From Mycobacteriales bacterium (lineage in GTDB: Bacteria > Actinomycetota > Actinomycetes > Mycobacteriales > QHCD01), in assembly GCA_036497565.1 (NCBI GenBank), contig DASXJE010000018.1, positions 71,506-135,505 of the forward strand: a stretch of DNA of 64,000 bases, written 5' to 3'. Shown in pieces: positions 50,105 through 59,753 of this stretch; the first letter of the stretch is position 1, and each line of letters opens with the position of its first letter. The notes under the pieces were generated by a model. It was not told the DNA's origin. It saw nothing but the letters and a program-made list of their open reading frames with translations, and did not search any database. The translations under genes and the position numbers were made by a program.

Positions 50105-50992
50105 GTGACCGAGCGCGCCGAGCAGGAGCGGGAGACACGGGCGGAGCGACGCCGCGCCGCCAACCGACGGCGTCCCCGCCGCCGTGGCTCCTTCTGGCGC
50201 GAACTGCCCGTCCTGCTCATCGTCGCGTTCGTGCTCGCCCTGCTGATCAAGACCTTCCTGGTGCAGGCCTTCTTCATCCCCTCCGGGTCGATGGAGAAGA
50301 CGCTGCACGGCTGCCCCGGCTGCTCGGGCGACCGGGTCCTGGTCAACAAGCTGGTCTACCGGTTCCACGATCCGCAGCCGGGCGACATCGTCGTCTTCCA
50401 GGGCCCGTCCACCTGGCAGCCCGAGGTTCGCATCGCCGAACCGTCGAACCCGATCGAGAAGTTCTTCCGGGCGATCGGCCAGGCGATCGGCGTCGCGCAG
50501 CCAAACGAGAAGGACTTCGTCAAGCGGGTCATCGCCGTCGGCGGCCAGACCGTTGCCTGCTGCGATGCGAAGGGCCGGGTGACGGTCAACCATCGGTCAC
50601 TGAACGAGCCCTACATCTTCGAGAACTCGCCGGACGTCAACGGCGACGCCTGCCCGGAGGGCCGGCGGTTCGGTCCGATCACGGTGCCCAAGGGGCGCCT
50701 GTGGGTGATGGGCGACCATCGGGGATTCTCCGCCGACTCCCGATGTCATATCGCCGATCAGTTCCACGGGACCATCGGGGTGAAGGACGTGATCGGCAAG
50801 GCGTTCGTCATCGTCTGGCCGCCGTCTCGGTGGAACACGCTCGGGACACCTGAGACGTTCGTCGGACACTCGGTCGGAGCGCTGGGCCCCGCGGGCGTCG
50901 CCGCTCCGCTGCTGGTCGGGGGCGTCGCGGTCGGGCCGTTGCTCGGTCGGCGCCGGCGCCGGGCGGGTCAGTCCCGACGACGCGAGCGGTAG
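50105..50992 (+). CDS. lepB: Signal peptidase I
   Basis: FFIPSGSM (Ser), DFVKRVIA (Lys), VMGDHRGFSADSR. Confidence 0.95.
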   Translation: MTERAEQERETRAERRRAANRRRPRRRGSFWRELPVLLIVAFVLALLIKTFLVQAFFIPSGSMEKTLHGCPGCSGDRVLVNKLVYRFHDPQPGDIVVFQGPSTWQPEVRIAEPSNPIEKFFRAIGQAIGVAQPNEKDFVKRVIAVGGQTVACCDAKGRVTVNHRSLNEPYIFENSPDVNGDACPEGRRFGPITVPKGRLWVMGDHRGFSADSRCHIADQFHGTIGVKDVIGKAFVIVWPPSRWNTLGTPETFVGHSVGALGPAGVAAPLLVGGVAVGPLLGRRRRRAGQSRRRER

Positions 50993-51495
50993 GCGCGGGT
51001 TTTCTCCCGGTTTCCGCACACGTTCATCGCGCACCACGTACGGGAGCGGTTCCGGCTGGTGTCGTAGAACGCCCACTGGCAGGTGTCGGCCGGGCAGACC
51101 TTCAGCCGCCGCCAGGTGCCGTCCTGGCCGGAGGCGGCGGCCGCCGCGAGGATCGTGGCGATGCCGCCCCGTGGACCGTCCTGGACGGGCATCAGCGTCG
51201 GCCCCTCGTCGGTGAAGTCCAGGCGCAGCGGGAAGGCTCGGGTGAGCCGGTCCAGGTCGACGGCGGGTGCCGTGCCGTCGTGGTTGGCCCGCAGCGCCGC
51301 CCGAAGCCCCTCCCGCACGGCGACGGCGTCGGCGAGGTCCCGCCCGGTCGGAACTCCGGTGGGCAGCGCGTGCTCTGCCAGGAACCGGCCCAGTTCGTCG
51401 GGGCCGGACAGCGCCTCGGTGCCGGCCTCGACGTCGTAGCTGTTGACGAAATCGCGGACCAGCGCGGCCTGCTGCGGGATCGACGTCTCGGTCAC
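50968..51495 (-). CDS. CGNR zinc-finger (ABATE) protein, putative regulator
   Basis: RLKVCPADTCQWAFYDTSRNRSRTWCAMNVCGNREK. Confidence 0.92.
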   Translation of the reverse strand: MTETSIPQQAALVRDFVNSYDVEAGTEALSGPDELGRFLAEHALPTGVPTGRDLADAVAVREGLRAALRANHDGTAPAVDLDRLTRAFPLRLDFTDEGPTLMPVQDGPRGGIATILAAAAASGQDGTWRRLKVCPADTCQWAFYDTSRNRSRTWCAMNVCGNREKTRAYRSRRRD

Positions 51496-51611
51496 GGGAC
51501 CACTGTACTGACAGACACCGCCGTCGTGTGGTGGCCGGTGTCGCCGAAACTGTCGGACACCCGCTCTAGCGTCCGGTCTGCAGATGAGTGGGCGAGCGGC
51601 GACGGAGGACC

Positions 51612-51797
51612 ATGATCATGTGGAGTGAGTACGTGTATGCAGACCAGCGGTCGGCGGAGCTGCGGGCCGCGGCCGACGACTACCGCCGCGCCCGGCTGGC
51701 CCGGTCGACCGCACGGCGGAGGACGCGGCACCGCAGGCGTCCCCGGAGCACCGAGGTGGTGTGTCTGCGGGCGGCGGCGACCGGTCGGTCGGCCTGA
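51612..51797 (+). CDS. Small Arg-rich hypothetical protein
   Basis: SD GGAGG; RSAELRAAADDYRRARL pattern; its stop overlaps the next ATG. Confidence 0.6.
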   Translation: MIMWSEYVYADQRSAELRAAADDYRRARLARSTARRRTRHRRRPRSTEVVCLRAAATGRSA

Positions 51798-52174
51798 TGT
51801 CGGTCACGGCGATGCGGGCCGTGCACCTGGTCATCGACTGCGCCGACCTCGACCGGATCACGAGTTTCTGGTCGAGACTGCTCGACCTGCCGGTGGCGGT
51901 CGACTCGGAGCCGGACTGGCGTGACCTCGCCCCGCTCGGGACCGGTGGTCCGGTGCTGTCCTTCCAGCGGGTGCCCGATCGCAAGCAGGACAAAAACCGC
52001 CTACACCTCGATTTCGAGGTGGCCGACCTCACCCGTGCCGCGGCCCGGACCCGGGCACTGGGTGCGCGGCCGGCGAGCTCGGTCCACGGGGCGGACCGCA
52101 GCCGGTGGCAGGTCTGGCGAGATCCTGAGGGCAACGAGTTCTGCCTGTGCGAGGAGGGATCGCCGGCGTCGTAG
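51797..52174 (+). CDS. VOC/glyoxalase-like protein
   Basis: LVIDCAD...[29 protein letters not shown]. Confidence 0.9.
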   Translation: MSVTAMRAVHLVIDCADLDRITSFWSRLLDLPVAVDSEPDWRDLAPLGTGGPVLSFQRVPDRKQDKNRLHLDFEVADLTRAAARTRALGARPASSVHGADRSRWQVWRDPEGNEFCLCEEGSPAS

Positions 52175-52183
52175 GGTGCACTC

Positions 52184-52696
52184 GTGAGCGATGTTCTCGG
52201 TGGGCGGTCCACCCAGCCGGTCGCCCGTGCCGCGGCGCGCGTGCTGCTGCTCGACGGCCGCGACCGGGTGCTGCTGTTCCGCGGGGGCGACCCAGGCCGG
52301 CCCGGCTCGGCGCTGTACTGGTTCACCGTCGGCGGCGGGCTCGACCCGGGGGAGAGTCCGCGGGCCGGCGCCGTACGGGAGACCCGGGAGGAGACCGGAC
52401 TGCGGCTCGCCGAGGACGATCTGTGCGGCCCGGTCTGGCACGAGGTCGTCGAGTTCCCCTTCGAGGGGCAGGACTACCGGCAGACCCAGGACTTCTTCTA
52501 CGCCCGCGTCGAGCAGGCTGCCGAGCCGGGCTGGGCGGTCGACACCTCGGGCTTCGGGCCGGTCGAGGAGCGCAGCGTCGACGCCCATCGCTGGTGGAGC
52601 GTGGCCGAACTCGCGGCCACCCGCGAGACCTATTACCCGCCGGATCTGGTCCCGCTATTGCGCCGGGTGCTCGCCGGGGAGGTGAGCGGCCCATGA
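52184..52696 (+). CDS. NUDIX hydrolase
   Basis: [27 protein letters not shown]. Confidence 0.9.
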   Translation: MSDVLGGRSTQPVARAAARVLLLDGRDRVLLFRGGDPGRPGSALYWFTVGGGLDPGESPRAGAVRETREETGLRLAEDDLCGPVWHEVVEFPFEGQDYRQTQDFFYARVEQAAEPGWAVDTSGFGPVEERSVDAHRWWSVAELAATRETYYPPDLVPLLRRVLAGEVSGP

Positions 52697-53406
52697 TCCG
52701 GCCGCCGAGGGCCGTCGTACGCCGCGAGGTGGGCCTGTGGGCGCTCGAGTCGGCGCTGCGCCGCCGGGGCTTCGACGCGGTTGCGGGAGCCGACGAGGCC
52801 GGCCGAGGGGCCTGCGCGGGGCCGCTCGTCGTGGCCGCGTGCGTGCTGCCGGACGGCAACCGGGGCCGGGTCCCCGATCTGGCCGACTCCAAGCTGCTCT
52901 CGCCCGCCGTCCGGGAGCGGGTCTACGACGAGGTACGCCGCCGGGCGCTGGCCTGGTCGGTCGTGGTGATCCCCCCGGGTGATATCGACCGGCGCGGCCT
53001 GCATGTCTGTAACGTCGAGGGCATGCGTCGAGCCGTCGCGGCGCTTGCGCCGGCCCCCTCCTACGCCCTGACCGACGGCTTCCCGGTGGGCGGCCTCGCG
53101 ATGCCCACCGTCGCGGTGTGGAAGGGCGACCGGGTGGCCGCGTGCATCGCCGCGGCGTCGGTGCTGGCGAAGGTGACCCGGGACCGGCTCATGGTCGACC
53201 TGCACGAGCGGTTCCCGTTCTACGACTTCGCCACCCACAAGGGTTACGTCACCCCGGGCCACGCCCGGGCGCTGGACCGGCACGGGCCGTGCCGGGAACA
53301 CCGGGCGTCCTACGTCAATGTCGCGAGGGTGCGGGAGAATGGGCTGATGGAGGCTGCGATGCCGGTCGAAGCTGGCGCCGAGATGGATCTGGAACCCGCC
53401 CGATGA
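52693..53406 (+). CDS. rnhB: Ribonuclease HII
   Basis: [43 protein letters not shown]. Confidence 0.95.
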   Translation: MIRPPRAVVRREVGLWALESALRRRGFDAVAGADEAGRGACAGPLVVAACVLPDGNRGRVPDLADSKLLSPAVRERVYDEVRRRALAWSVVVIPPGDIDRRGLHVCNVEGMRRAVAALAPAPSYALTDGFPVGGLAMPTVAVWKGDRVAACIAAASVLAKVTRDRLMVDLHERFPFYDFATHKGYVTPGHARALDRHGPCREHRASYVNVARVRENGLMEAAMPVEAGAEMDLEPAR

Positions 53407-53729
53407 GTGCCGAGGATCTGGAGAAGTACGAAACCGAGATGGAGCTCACGCTCTATCGGGAGTATCGCGACATCGTCCGGCAGTTCACCTACGTCGTCGA
53501 GACCGAGCGGCGGTTCTACCTCGCCAACGCGGTCGACCTGCAGGTGCGCAACGCCGGGGGCGAGGTCTACTTCGAGGTGCACATGCAGGACGCCTGGGTC
53601 TGGGACATGTACCGGCCCGCCCGGTTCGTGAAGGACGTCCGGATCCTGACGTTCAAGGACGTCAACGTCGAGGAGCTGGAGAAGTCCGACCTCGAGCTGC
53701 CCGACGACCGGCCGCCCTTCCCGAACTGA
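53403..53729 (+). CDS. DUF2469 family protein
   Basis: [23 protein letters not shown]...[11 protein letters not shown]...[13 protein letters not shown]. Confidence 0.92.
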   Translation: MSAEDLEKYETEMELTLYREYRDIVRQFTYVVETERRFYLANAVDLQVRNAGGEVYFEVHMQDAWVWDMYRPARFVKDVRILTFKDVNVEELEKSDLELPDDRPPFPN

Positions 53730-53766
53730 GTTCCGGACCGACCCGGGCGACACCCGAGAGGACACG

Positions 53767-53982
53767 ATGACCGGCTACCCCGACCAGCCCACCCCGACCT
53801 CCGAGGGCGACGTCTCACCCGCCGACGTGATGGGACGCAAGGCTCCGCGGGAGAAGGCTCCGGACGGCCCGGGGGAGGTGCCGGAGCGCACCGCTCCGGA
53901 GAAGCCGTCGGCAGAAGGGACCTCCGAGACGATGCCGCCGGTCGAGGGTGTCTACGACGCGGAGGCCGAGGAACCCGAGTGA
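53767..53982 (+). CDS. Small acidic/Pro-rich hypothetical protein
   Basis: SD GAGAGGA 4 nt upstream of the ATG; 71 aa, disordered composition; no recognisable family. Confidence 0.5.
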   Translation: MTGYPDQPTPTSEGDVSPADVMGRKAPREKAPDGPGEVPERTAPEKPSAEGTSETMPPVEGVYDAEAEEPE

Positions 53983-53989
53983 TCCGCGG

Positions 53990-55108
53990 TCAGTCCCCGA
54001 TCTCCGGGACCTGCTGCAGGCCGGCCGACCATTTCTCCTCGATCCGTCCGTAGCGCCAGACCAGGAGGGCCACCGCCCAGGTCCCGACGAAGAGTCCGAC
54101 GATCACGAAGCCCACGTAGTTGAGGTTGAGGTTGCCGACCGCGGCCAGCGGCCCGCTGGTGATGTGCATCTGGTCGGTCAGGATCGAGACCAGTTCGATC
54201 AGTCCGATCACGAGCGCGACGGCGACCGACAGCCCGGTGATCGTGATGTTGTAGTAGATCTTGCGCACCGGCTTGGAGAACGCCCAGCCGTAGGCGAAGT
54301 TCATGAACGACCCGTCGATGGTGTCCAGCAGCGACATCCCGGCCGCGAAGAGAATCGGCAGGCACAGGATCGCGTACCAGGGCAGGCTGAACGCCGCCGC
54401 GCCACCCGCCAGCACCAGCAGCGACACCTCGGTGGCGGTATCGAACCCGAGGCCGAAGAGCAGTCCCACCGGGTACATGTGCCATGGCTTGCGCACGGCC
54501 TTCGTCGCCCCGCCGAGGATGCGGTTCATGAAGCCGCGCTTGTCGAGGTGCTCCTCCAGGGCCGCCTCGTCGAAGGAACCCCGACGCATCCGGCGGAAGA
54601 TCTTCAGGATCCCGACCAGGATCACCATGTTGATCGCCGCGATGAGCATGAGGAAGACGCCGGAGACCAGGGTGCCGATGAGACCGGTGGTCTGCTGGAG
54701 GCTCGAGGCACCGTTCTCGACCTGACCGGCCAGCGTCTTGACGCCGACACTGAGCAGGAAGCACAGGCCGAACACGACCGACGCGTGGCCGAGCGAGAAG
54801 AAGAACCCGACCGAGAGCGGGCGCTGCCCGTCGGACATCAGCTTGCGGGTCGTGTTGTCGATCGCCGCGATGTGGTCGGCGTCGAAGGCGTGGCGCATGC
54901 CGAGGGTGTAGGCGGTGATGCCGAGCCCGATGGTGAACGCGCCGGCCTTGCCCAGTGCGTAGTGGTGCGGTGCGACCAGCGCGATCAGGATGAACCAGCC
55001 CGCGATGTGCAGAAAAACCACGACGGCGATCATGGCCGCGATCCGCGACCACTCCCGGCGGGTCAAGGAGGCGCGCACCCGTTGGATCCGGGACACCGAC
55101 TCCGTCAT
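53990..55108 (-). CDS. HoxN/HupN/NixA (NiCoT) nickel/cobalt permease
   Basis: GMRHAFDADHIAAIDN signature, FFSLGHASVV, GLLFGLGFDTATE, LLDTIDG. Confidence 0.95.
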   Translation of the reverse strand: MTESVSRIQRVRASLTRREWSRIAAMIAVVVFLHIAGWFILIALVAPHHYALGKAGAFTIGLGITAYTLGMRHAFDADHIAAIDNTTRKLMSDGQRPLSVGFFFSLGHASVVFGLCFLLSVGVKTLAGQVENGASSLQQTTGLIGTLVSGVFLMLIAAINMVILVGILKIFRRMRRGSFDEAALEEHLDKRGFMNRILGGATKAVRKPWHMYPVGLLFGLGFDTATEVSLLVLAGGAAAFSLPWYAILCLPILFAAGMSLLDTIDGSFMNFAYGWAFSKPVRKIYYNITITGLSVAVALVIGLIELVSILTDQMHITSGPLAAVGNLNLNYVGFVIVGLFVGTWAVALLVWRYGRIEEKWSAGLQQVPEIGD

Positions 55109-55163
55109 GACAGACACGAAGCTCCTCCGCAGTGGACGACCCGGCGCGCAGAAGCCTACCGTG

Positions 55164-55194
55164 ATGCGAACAGTTCGCAAGTAGTACCTGCGAA
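55164..55194. promoter_or_regulatory. Overlapping palindromes upstream of the NiCoT gene; putative Fur/Nur-family operator
   Basis: ATGCGA-ACAGT-TCGCAA (55164-55180; perfect core TGCGAAC-A-GTTCGCA) plus TTCGCA-N9-TGCGAA (55174-55194). Confidence 0.6.
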
Positions 55195-55274
55195 GAAGGT
55201 GCAGGTGGCGCGGGGCGGTGGTGCTCGGCGAGACGCCGGGTTCGGACTAAGGTCCGACACACAGGGAGGTAGGA

Positions 55275-55721
55275 GTGGGTCGGCGGGAGCAGGGGCGGGC
55301 GCGTGCCGTGGAGGCCGCGCTGGACGCGATGCGTGCAGCCGGTCTGCGCCAGATGCCCTCGCGGGTGCTCATCGTCGAACGGCTCGCCGAGACCGACGGT
55401 CACATGTCGGCGGCCGAGATCCACCGGGACCGCGGCGACCCGTACGCCCAGGTCCACCTCGGCACCATCCACCGCGGCCTCGACGCGTTGGCGCGATCCG
55501 GTCTCGTGCATGTGGTCGACGACCACGGCACGCAACGGTTCGGGCTCTCCGTCCCGTCCCACCTGCACGCGATCTGCGACCGGTGCGGCGCAATGGTGGA
55601 GGTCTCCGCCGACGGCCTCGAACCCGTGATCGCCCGGCTCGCCGATCGAGCCGGGTTCGTCGTCCACCCGGACGGCGTCGTGCTCCGCGGTCGCTGTCGG
55701 CGCTGCGCCAAGCGCCGCTAG
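55275..55721 (+). CDS. Fur-family metalloregulator
   Basis: GLR.MPSRVLI, GHMSAAEI, TIHRGLDAL..SGLV, SHLHAICDRCG, GRCRRC. Confidence 0.88.
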   Translation: MGRREQGRARAVEAALDAMRAAGLRQMPSRVLIVERLAETDGHMSAAEIHRDRGDPYAQVHLGTIHRGLDALARSGLVHVVDDHGTQRFGLSVPSHLHAICDRCGAMVEVSADGLEPVIARLADRAGFVVHPDGVVLRGRCRRCAKRR

Positions 55722-55739
55722 CCGTGTGAGAATCGCCGC

Positions 55740-56564
55740 GTGCAGTTCGACCCGCAGGCATTTGTGGGCACGGCGGCCTACTACTCGATCGGACGCCCGC
55801 CGTACTCCGAGCAACTGGCCGACACCATGGTCCGGGAGCTCTCGCTGGAAGGCACCGGTCAGCTGCTCGACGTGGGCTGCGGGCCGGGCGTGCTCGTGCT
55901 GGTACTGGCGCACCTGTTCGAGCAGGTCGTTGCGCTGGACCCCGAGGCCGGGATGCTGGCGGAGGGCCGGCGGCGTTGTCGGCAGGCGGGCATTGCCAAC
56001 GCGCGCTGGGTGCAGGGGACGGCGGAGGACATCGCGACGCTGGGTACGGGGTCGTGCCGCGTGGTGACGTTCGGCCAGTCGTTTCATCGGGTCCGGCGGC
56101 TCGAGGTCGCCGAGTCGGTCAATGACCTCCTCGCGCCGGGCGGCTCGCTGGTCCTGATCTCCCACGCGGTCGACGGACGTCCGCGACCGGTCGACTCCGA
56201 CCACCCGGAGATTCCCCACGCCGCGGTGCGGGAACTCGTCATCAGCTATCTGGGCGAGCGGACGCGCACCTACTTCGCGACCTGGAACGAGGGTCAGCCG
56301 GTGCGCTTCGAGGACACGCTGCTGAAGACCCGGTTCGGTGGCTCCCGCACGATCTACGCACCCGGACGTCCGGACCTGATCAGGGACGTCGACGCCGTGG
56401 TCGCCAACTACTTCTCGATGTCCTACGCCGCCCCGCGGCTGTTCGGGAACCGCCGGGCCGACTTCGAGGCCGACCTGCGTCGCCTGCTGTATGAGCAGTC
56501 ACCCGACGGTCTCTTCTGGGACTGGCCGGGTGACACCGAGTTGGTCATCGCGATGAAACCCTGA
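55740..56564 (+). CDS. Class I SAM-dependent methyltransferase
   Basis: YYSIGRPPY, LLDVGCGPG, LDPEAGML, WVQGTAE, TFGQSFH. Confidence 0.88.
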   Translation: MQFDPQAFVGTAAYYSIGRPPYSEQLADTMVRELSLEGTGQLLDVGCGPGVLVLVLAHLFEQVVALDPEAGMLAEGRRRCRQAGIANARWVQGTAEDIATLGTGSCRVVTFGQSFHRVRRLEVAESVNDLLAPGGSLVLISHAVDGRPRPVDSDHPEIPHAAVRELVISYLGERTRTYFATWNEGQPVRFEDTLLKTRFGGSRTIYAPGRPDLIRDVDAVVANYFSMSYAAPRLFGNRRADFEADLRRLLYEQSPDGLFWDWPGDTELVIAMKP

Positions 56565-56695
56565 ACCAATAGGCCGTCGGCACGCCGATGTCAATCGGCT
56601 GCCCACAGCACGCCGGGCGATCCACAGGTCCGGCCGGTCACCCCTGCACCGCTCTGCACCCGGGCAGGCTGTCCGCACCGGAGAAGGGACGGCCG

Positions 56696-57052
56696 ATGCG
56701 GGCGAAGGATGCTGTGGGCGCGTACGGCGAAAAGGTGGCGGCACGTCATCTGCAGGACGCGGGTTGCGTTTTGCTCGATCGCAATTGGCGGTGTTCCGAG
56801 GGGGAGCTCGACCTCGTCGCCGCCGACGGCGACGTACTGGTGATCTGCGAGGTGAAGACGCGGTCCAGTCTGGCCTACGGCGACCCGGCCGAGGCCGTGG
56901 TCGGGGTGAAGGCGGCCCGGATCCGCCGGCTCGCCGTGCGCTGGATGGCTGCGCACGACTCGCGCTGGCCGGAGGTGCGCTTCGACGTCATCACCGTGCT
57001 CCGGCGGCCGCGCGGGGCGGCCGCCGTGCGTCATCTGCGCGGAGCGTTCTGA
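56696..57052 (+). CDS. yraN: YraN family putative nuclease
   Basis: GAYGEKVAA, NWRCSEGELDLV, CEVKTR, RFDVI. Confidence 0.92.
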   Translation: MRAKDAVGAYGEKVAARHLQDAGCVLLDRNWRCSEGELDLVAADGDVLVICEVKTRSSLAYGDPAEAVVGVKAARIRRLAVRWMAAHDSRWPEVRFDVITVLRRPRGAAAVRHLRGAF

Positions 57053-58575
57053 TGGCTCTGGCCCGTACCCACTCGGTCGCCCTGCTCGGTGTCCAGGGTC
57101 ATCTGGTCGACATCGAGGCCGACCTGTCCGACGGGCTTCCCGGAGTGTCGTTGGTCGGGCTGCCCGACGCCGCCCTGGCCGAGTCCCGCGATCGGATCCG
57201 GGCCGCGATCGTCAACAGCGGTGAGACGTGGCCGTCCCGGCGGATCACGCTGGCGTTGTCCCCGGCCGATCTGCGCAAGCACGGCAGCAGATTCGACCTC
57301 GCCCTCGCCGCTGCGGTGCTTGCTGCGGCCGGCACAGTTCCGCGGGCGGCGCTGGCCGACCTGGTCGTCCTCGGCGAACTCGCCCTCGACGGCAAGGTGC
57401 GCGCGGTCCGCGGGGTGCTTCCGGCGGTGCTCACCGCGGCTCGGGCCGGCCTGGCTCGCGTCGTCGTCCCGGTCGACAACCTCGCCGAGGCGGCGCTGGT
57501 GCCGGATATCGCCGTGTGTGCGGCGCCGACGCTGGCCGATCTGGTGCGCCATCTGCGGGGTGAGCCCTGCGACGTACGGGTCGCCGAACCGCGACAGCCA
57601 CCGCCGGTCGCGTCGGGGCCGGACCTGGCCGACGTCCTCGGTCAGGCGGCCGGACGTCGGGCGCTGGAGATCGCCGCCGCCGGCGGTCATCACCTGTTTC
57701 TGACCGGACCACCCGGTGCGGGGAAGACGATGCTCGCCGAGCGCCTGCCCGGCATCCTGCCGGCACTCGACACCGACGCGGCGCTCGAGGTCACGGCGGT
57801 GCACTCGGTTGCCGGGATCCTGCCGGCCGATGCGCCACTGGTCTGCCTGCCGCCGTTCCAGGCGCCGCATCACACGGCCAGTGTCGCCGCCCTCGCCGGC
57901 GGCGGATCCGGGGTGCCGCGCCCGGGCGCCGTCTCCTGCGCCCACCGGGGCGTGTTGTTCCTCGACGAGGCCCCGGAGTTCGCGGCTGGGGCGCTTGATG
58001 CGCTGCGCGAACCGATGGAGCGGGGCGAGCTGTCGATCGCCCGGGCCGGCGGGTCGTTCCGCTTCCCGGCCCGGTTCCAACTGGTCATGGCGGCCAACCC
58101 GTGTCCATGCGCTTCGGCCGCGGGCGATGCGGCGTGCCGCTGCCCGTCGGCCGTACGGCGGCGCTATCTCGCGCGGCTGTCCGGCCCGTTGCTCGACCGG
58201 GTGGATCTGCGGGTCGTCCTGTTCCCCGTCGCGCGGGCAGCCCTGCTCGACGAGGCGGTGCCCGCCGAGCCGAGCGCCGTCGTCGCGGCCCGGGTGGCGT
58301 CCGCGCGGGCCACCGCCGCCGAGCGGCTGCGGTCGACCCGGTGGAAGACCAATGCCGAGGTACCCGGCCCGGTGATGCGGAGCCGGTGGCGTCCTCCCGC
58401 CCGGGCCCTGACCGAGGCGACCCGCGCCCTCGATCGCGGCGCCCTGAGTGCCCGCGGGTTCGATCGGGTGCTCCGGGCGGCGTGGACCATCGCCGACCTG
58501 GCCGGCCGGGCGATGCCCGACTCGGGCGACGTGACCGAAGCCGTCGGCTTCCGGCTGGGCGAGGTCGCGGCATGA
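57052..58575 (+). CDS. comM: ComM/YifB Mg-chelatase-like AAA+ ATPase
   Basis: VGLPDAA..ESRDR, LRKHGSRFDL, GELALDG, GPPGAGKTM, LFLDEAPEF, AANPCPC, LSGPLLDRVD. Confidence 0.93.
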   Translation: MALARTHSVALLGVQGHLVDIEADLSDGLPGVSLVGLPDAALAESRDRIRAAIVNSGETWPSRRITLALSPADLRKHGSRFDLALAAAVLAAAGTVPRAALADLVVLGELALDGKVRAVRGVLPAVLTAARAGLARVVVPVDNLAEAALVPDIAVCAAPTLADLVRHLRGEPCDVRVAEPRQPPPVASGPDLADVLGQAAGRRALEIAAAGGHHLFLTGPPGAGKTMLAERLPGILPALDTDAALEVTAVHSVAGILPADAPLVCLPPFQAPHHTASVAALAGGGSGVPRPGAVSCAHRGVLFLDEAPEFAAGALDALREPMERGELSIARAGGSFRFPARFQLVMAANPCPCASAAGDAACRCPSAVRRRYLARLSGPLLDRVDLRVVLFPVARAALLDEAVPAEPSAVVAARVASARATAAERLRSTRWKTNAEVPGPVMRSRWRPPARALTEATRALDRGALSARGFDRVLRAAWTIADLAGRAMPDSGDVTEAVGFRLGEVAA

Positions 58576-59753
58576 CCTCGACGACCGCCGCGGAACTCAC
58601 CCCGGAGCGTTGGGCCCGGGCCTGGCTGAGCCGGACGATCGAGCCCGGGAGCATCGCGCTGTACCGGCTGCTGGCCGAGTTCGGGCCGGTGGCCGCGGTA
58701 CGACGGATCCGCGGCGGCGAGGTGCCCCCCGACGTGCTGCGTCTCGCCGACGCCCGCCGGGCCGAGGACCGGGTCGAGTCCGACGTCTCCCGCGCGGGCG
58801 AATACGGGATTCGCCTGGTCGTCCCCGGCGACGACGAGTGGCCGGCCTCCGCGGTGCATCCCCTCGAGGTGGCGACCGCGCGTGGTGGCCAGGTCGACCT
58901 CGCCCCGCCGGTGGCGCTGTGGGTGCGGGGTGAGGCGCGGTTGGACCGCGTCGTCGACCGCTGCGTGTCGATCATCGGGGCACGGGCGGCCACCGGCTAC
59001 GGCCTGCACTTCGCCGGCGAACTGGCTTACGCCGTCGCCGAGCGTGGCTGGACGATCGTGTCGGGCGGCGCCTACGGGATCGACGGCGCGGCCCATCGGG
59101 GCGCGCTGTCCGCCGGCGGACCCACCGTCGCGATCCTCGCCGGAGGCCTCGACGCGCCCTATCCGACCGGTCATCGGTCTCTTTTCGACCGCATCGTCGA
59201 GGCGGGGGGACTGCTGGTCAGCGAGTGGCCGGTGGGGTCCGCACCGCAACGTCACCGCTTCCTCGTCCGCAACCGGCTGATCGCCGCGGTCGCGGTGGGG
59301 ACGGTCGTGGTCGAGGCGGCCGCCCGCAGCGGGACCGCGGCGACCGCCCGCCACGTCGAGAACCTCGGGCGGTCGTTGATGGCGGTCCCGGGGCCGGTCA
59401 CCTCGGCGATGTCGGTGGGCACGCATCACCTGATCCGGGATCGTGCCGCCCGGCTGGTCACGCGGGCGGCTGACGTCTTCGAGGAGGTCGGGGCGATCGG
59501 TACCGATCTTGCCGATCGGCCGTGGTCCGAGCCCGACCCGCGCGACGTCGCGGATCCGGTCGCCCGGCGGGTGCTCGACGGGGTGCCGGCGCGCCGTGGC
59601 GCGACACCGGAGCGGATCGCGGTCTCGGCCGGGATCCCGGTGGCGGAGGTGCTCCGGGTGCTGCCGGCCCTGCACCTGCAGGACCTGGTCGAACGCACCG
59701 ACGCCGGTTGGCGGCTGGCTAACCGGTCACGTCACCGGAAGGACGGCGGATGA
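58572..59753 (+). CDS. dprA: DNA-processing protein DprA
   Basis: IIGARAATGYG, IVSGGAYGIDGAAH, FLVRNRLIA, VVEAAARSG, AVPGPVTS, C-terminal winged helix. Confidence 0.94.
   Translation: MTSTTAAELTPERWARAWLSRTIEPGSIALYRLLAEFGPVAAVRRIRGGEVPPDVLRLADARRAEDRVESDVSRAGEYGIRLVVPGDDEWPASAVHPLEVATARGGQVDLAPPVALWVRGEARLDRVVDRCVSIIGARAATGYGLHFAGELAYAVAERGWTIVSGGAYGIDGAAHRGALSAGGPTVAILAGGLDAPYPTGHRSLFDRIVEAGGLLVSEWPVGSAPQRHRFLVRNRLIAAVAVGTVVVEAAARSGTAATARHVENLGRSLMAVPGPVTSAMSVGTHHLIRDRAARLVTRAADVFEEVGAIGTDLADRPWSEPDPRDVADPVARRVLDGVPARRGATPERIAVSAGIPVAEVLRVLPALHLQDLVERTDAGWRLANRSRHRKDGG

Noticed and set aside
52147-52692. Apparent N-terminal extension of rnhB; likewise for comM (56764), dprA (58101), lepB (49937) and rplS (49564)
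   Set aside because: These are alternative-frame read-ins over upstream genes. Coupled starts overlapping or following the previous stop explain each gene.
55109-55274. Cobalamin or NiCo riboswitch upstream of the NiCoT gene
   Set aside because: I found no B12-box or multi-stem riboswitch pattern by eye. A DNA palindrome with an adjacent Fur explains the region. An Rfam scan would be decisive.
56696-59753. yraN-comM-dprA as a novel DNA uptake or defence system
   Set aside because: It is a widespread, described natural-transformation-associated cluster in its usual actinobacterial position.
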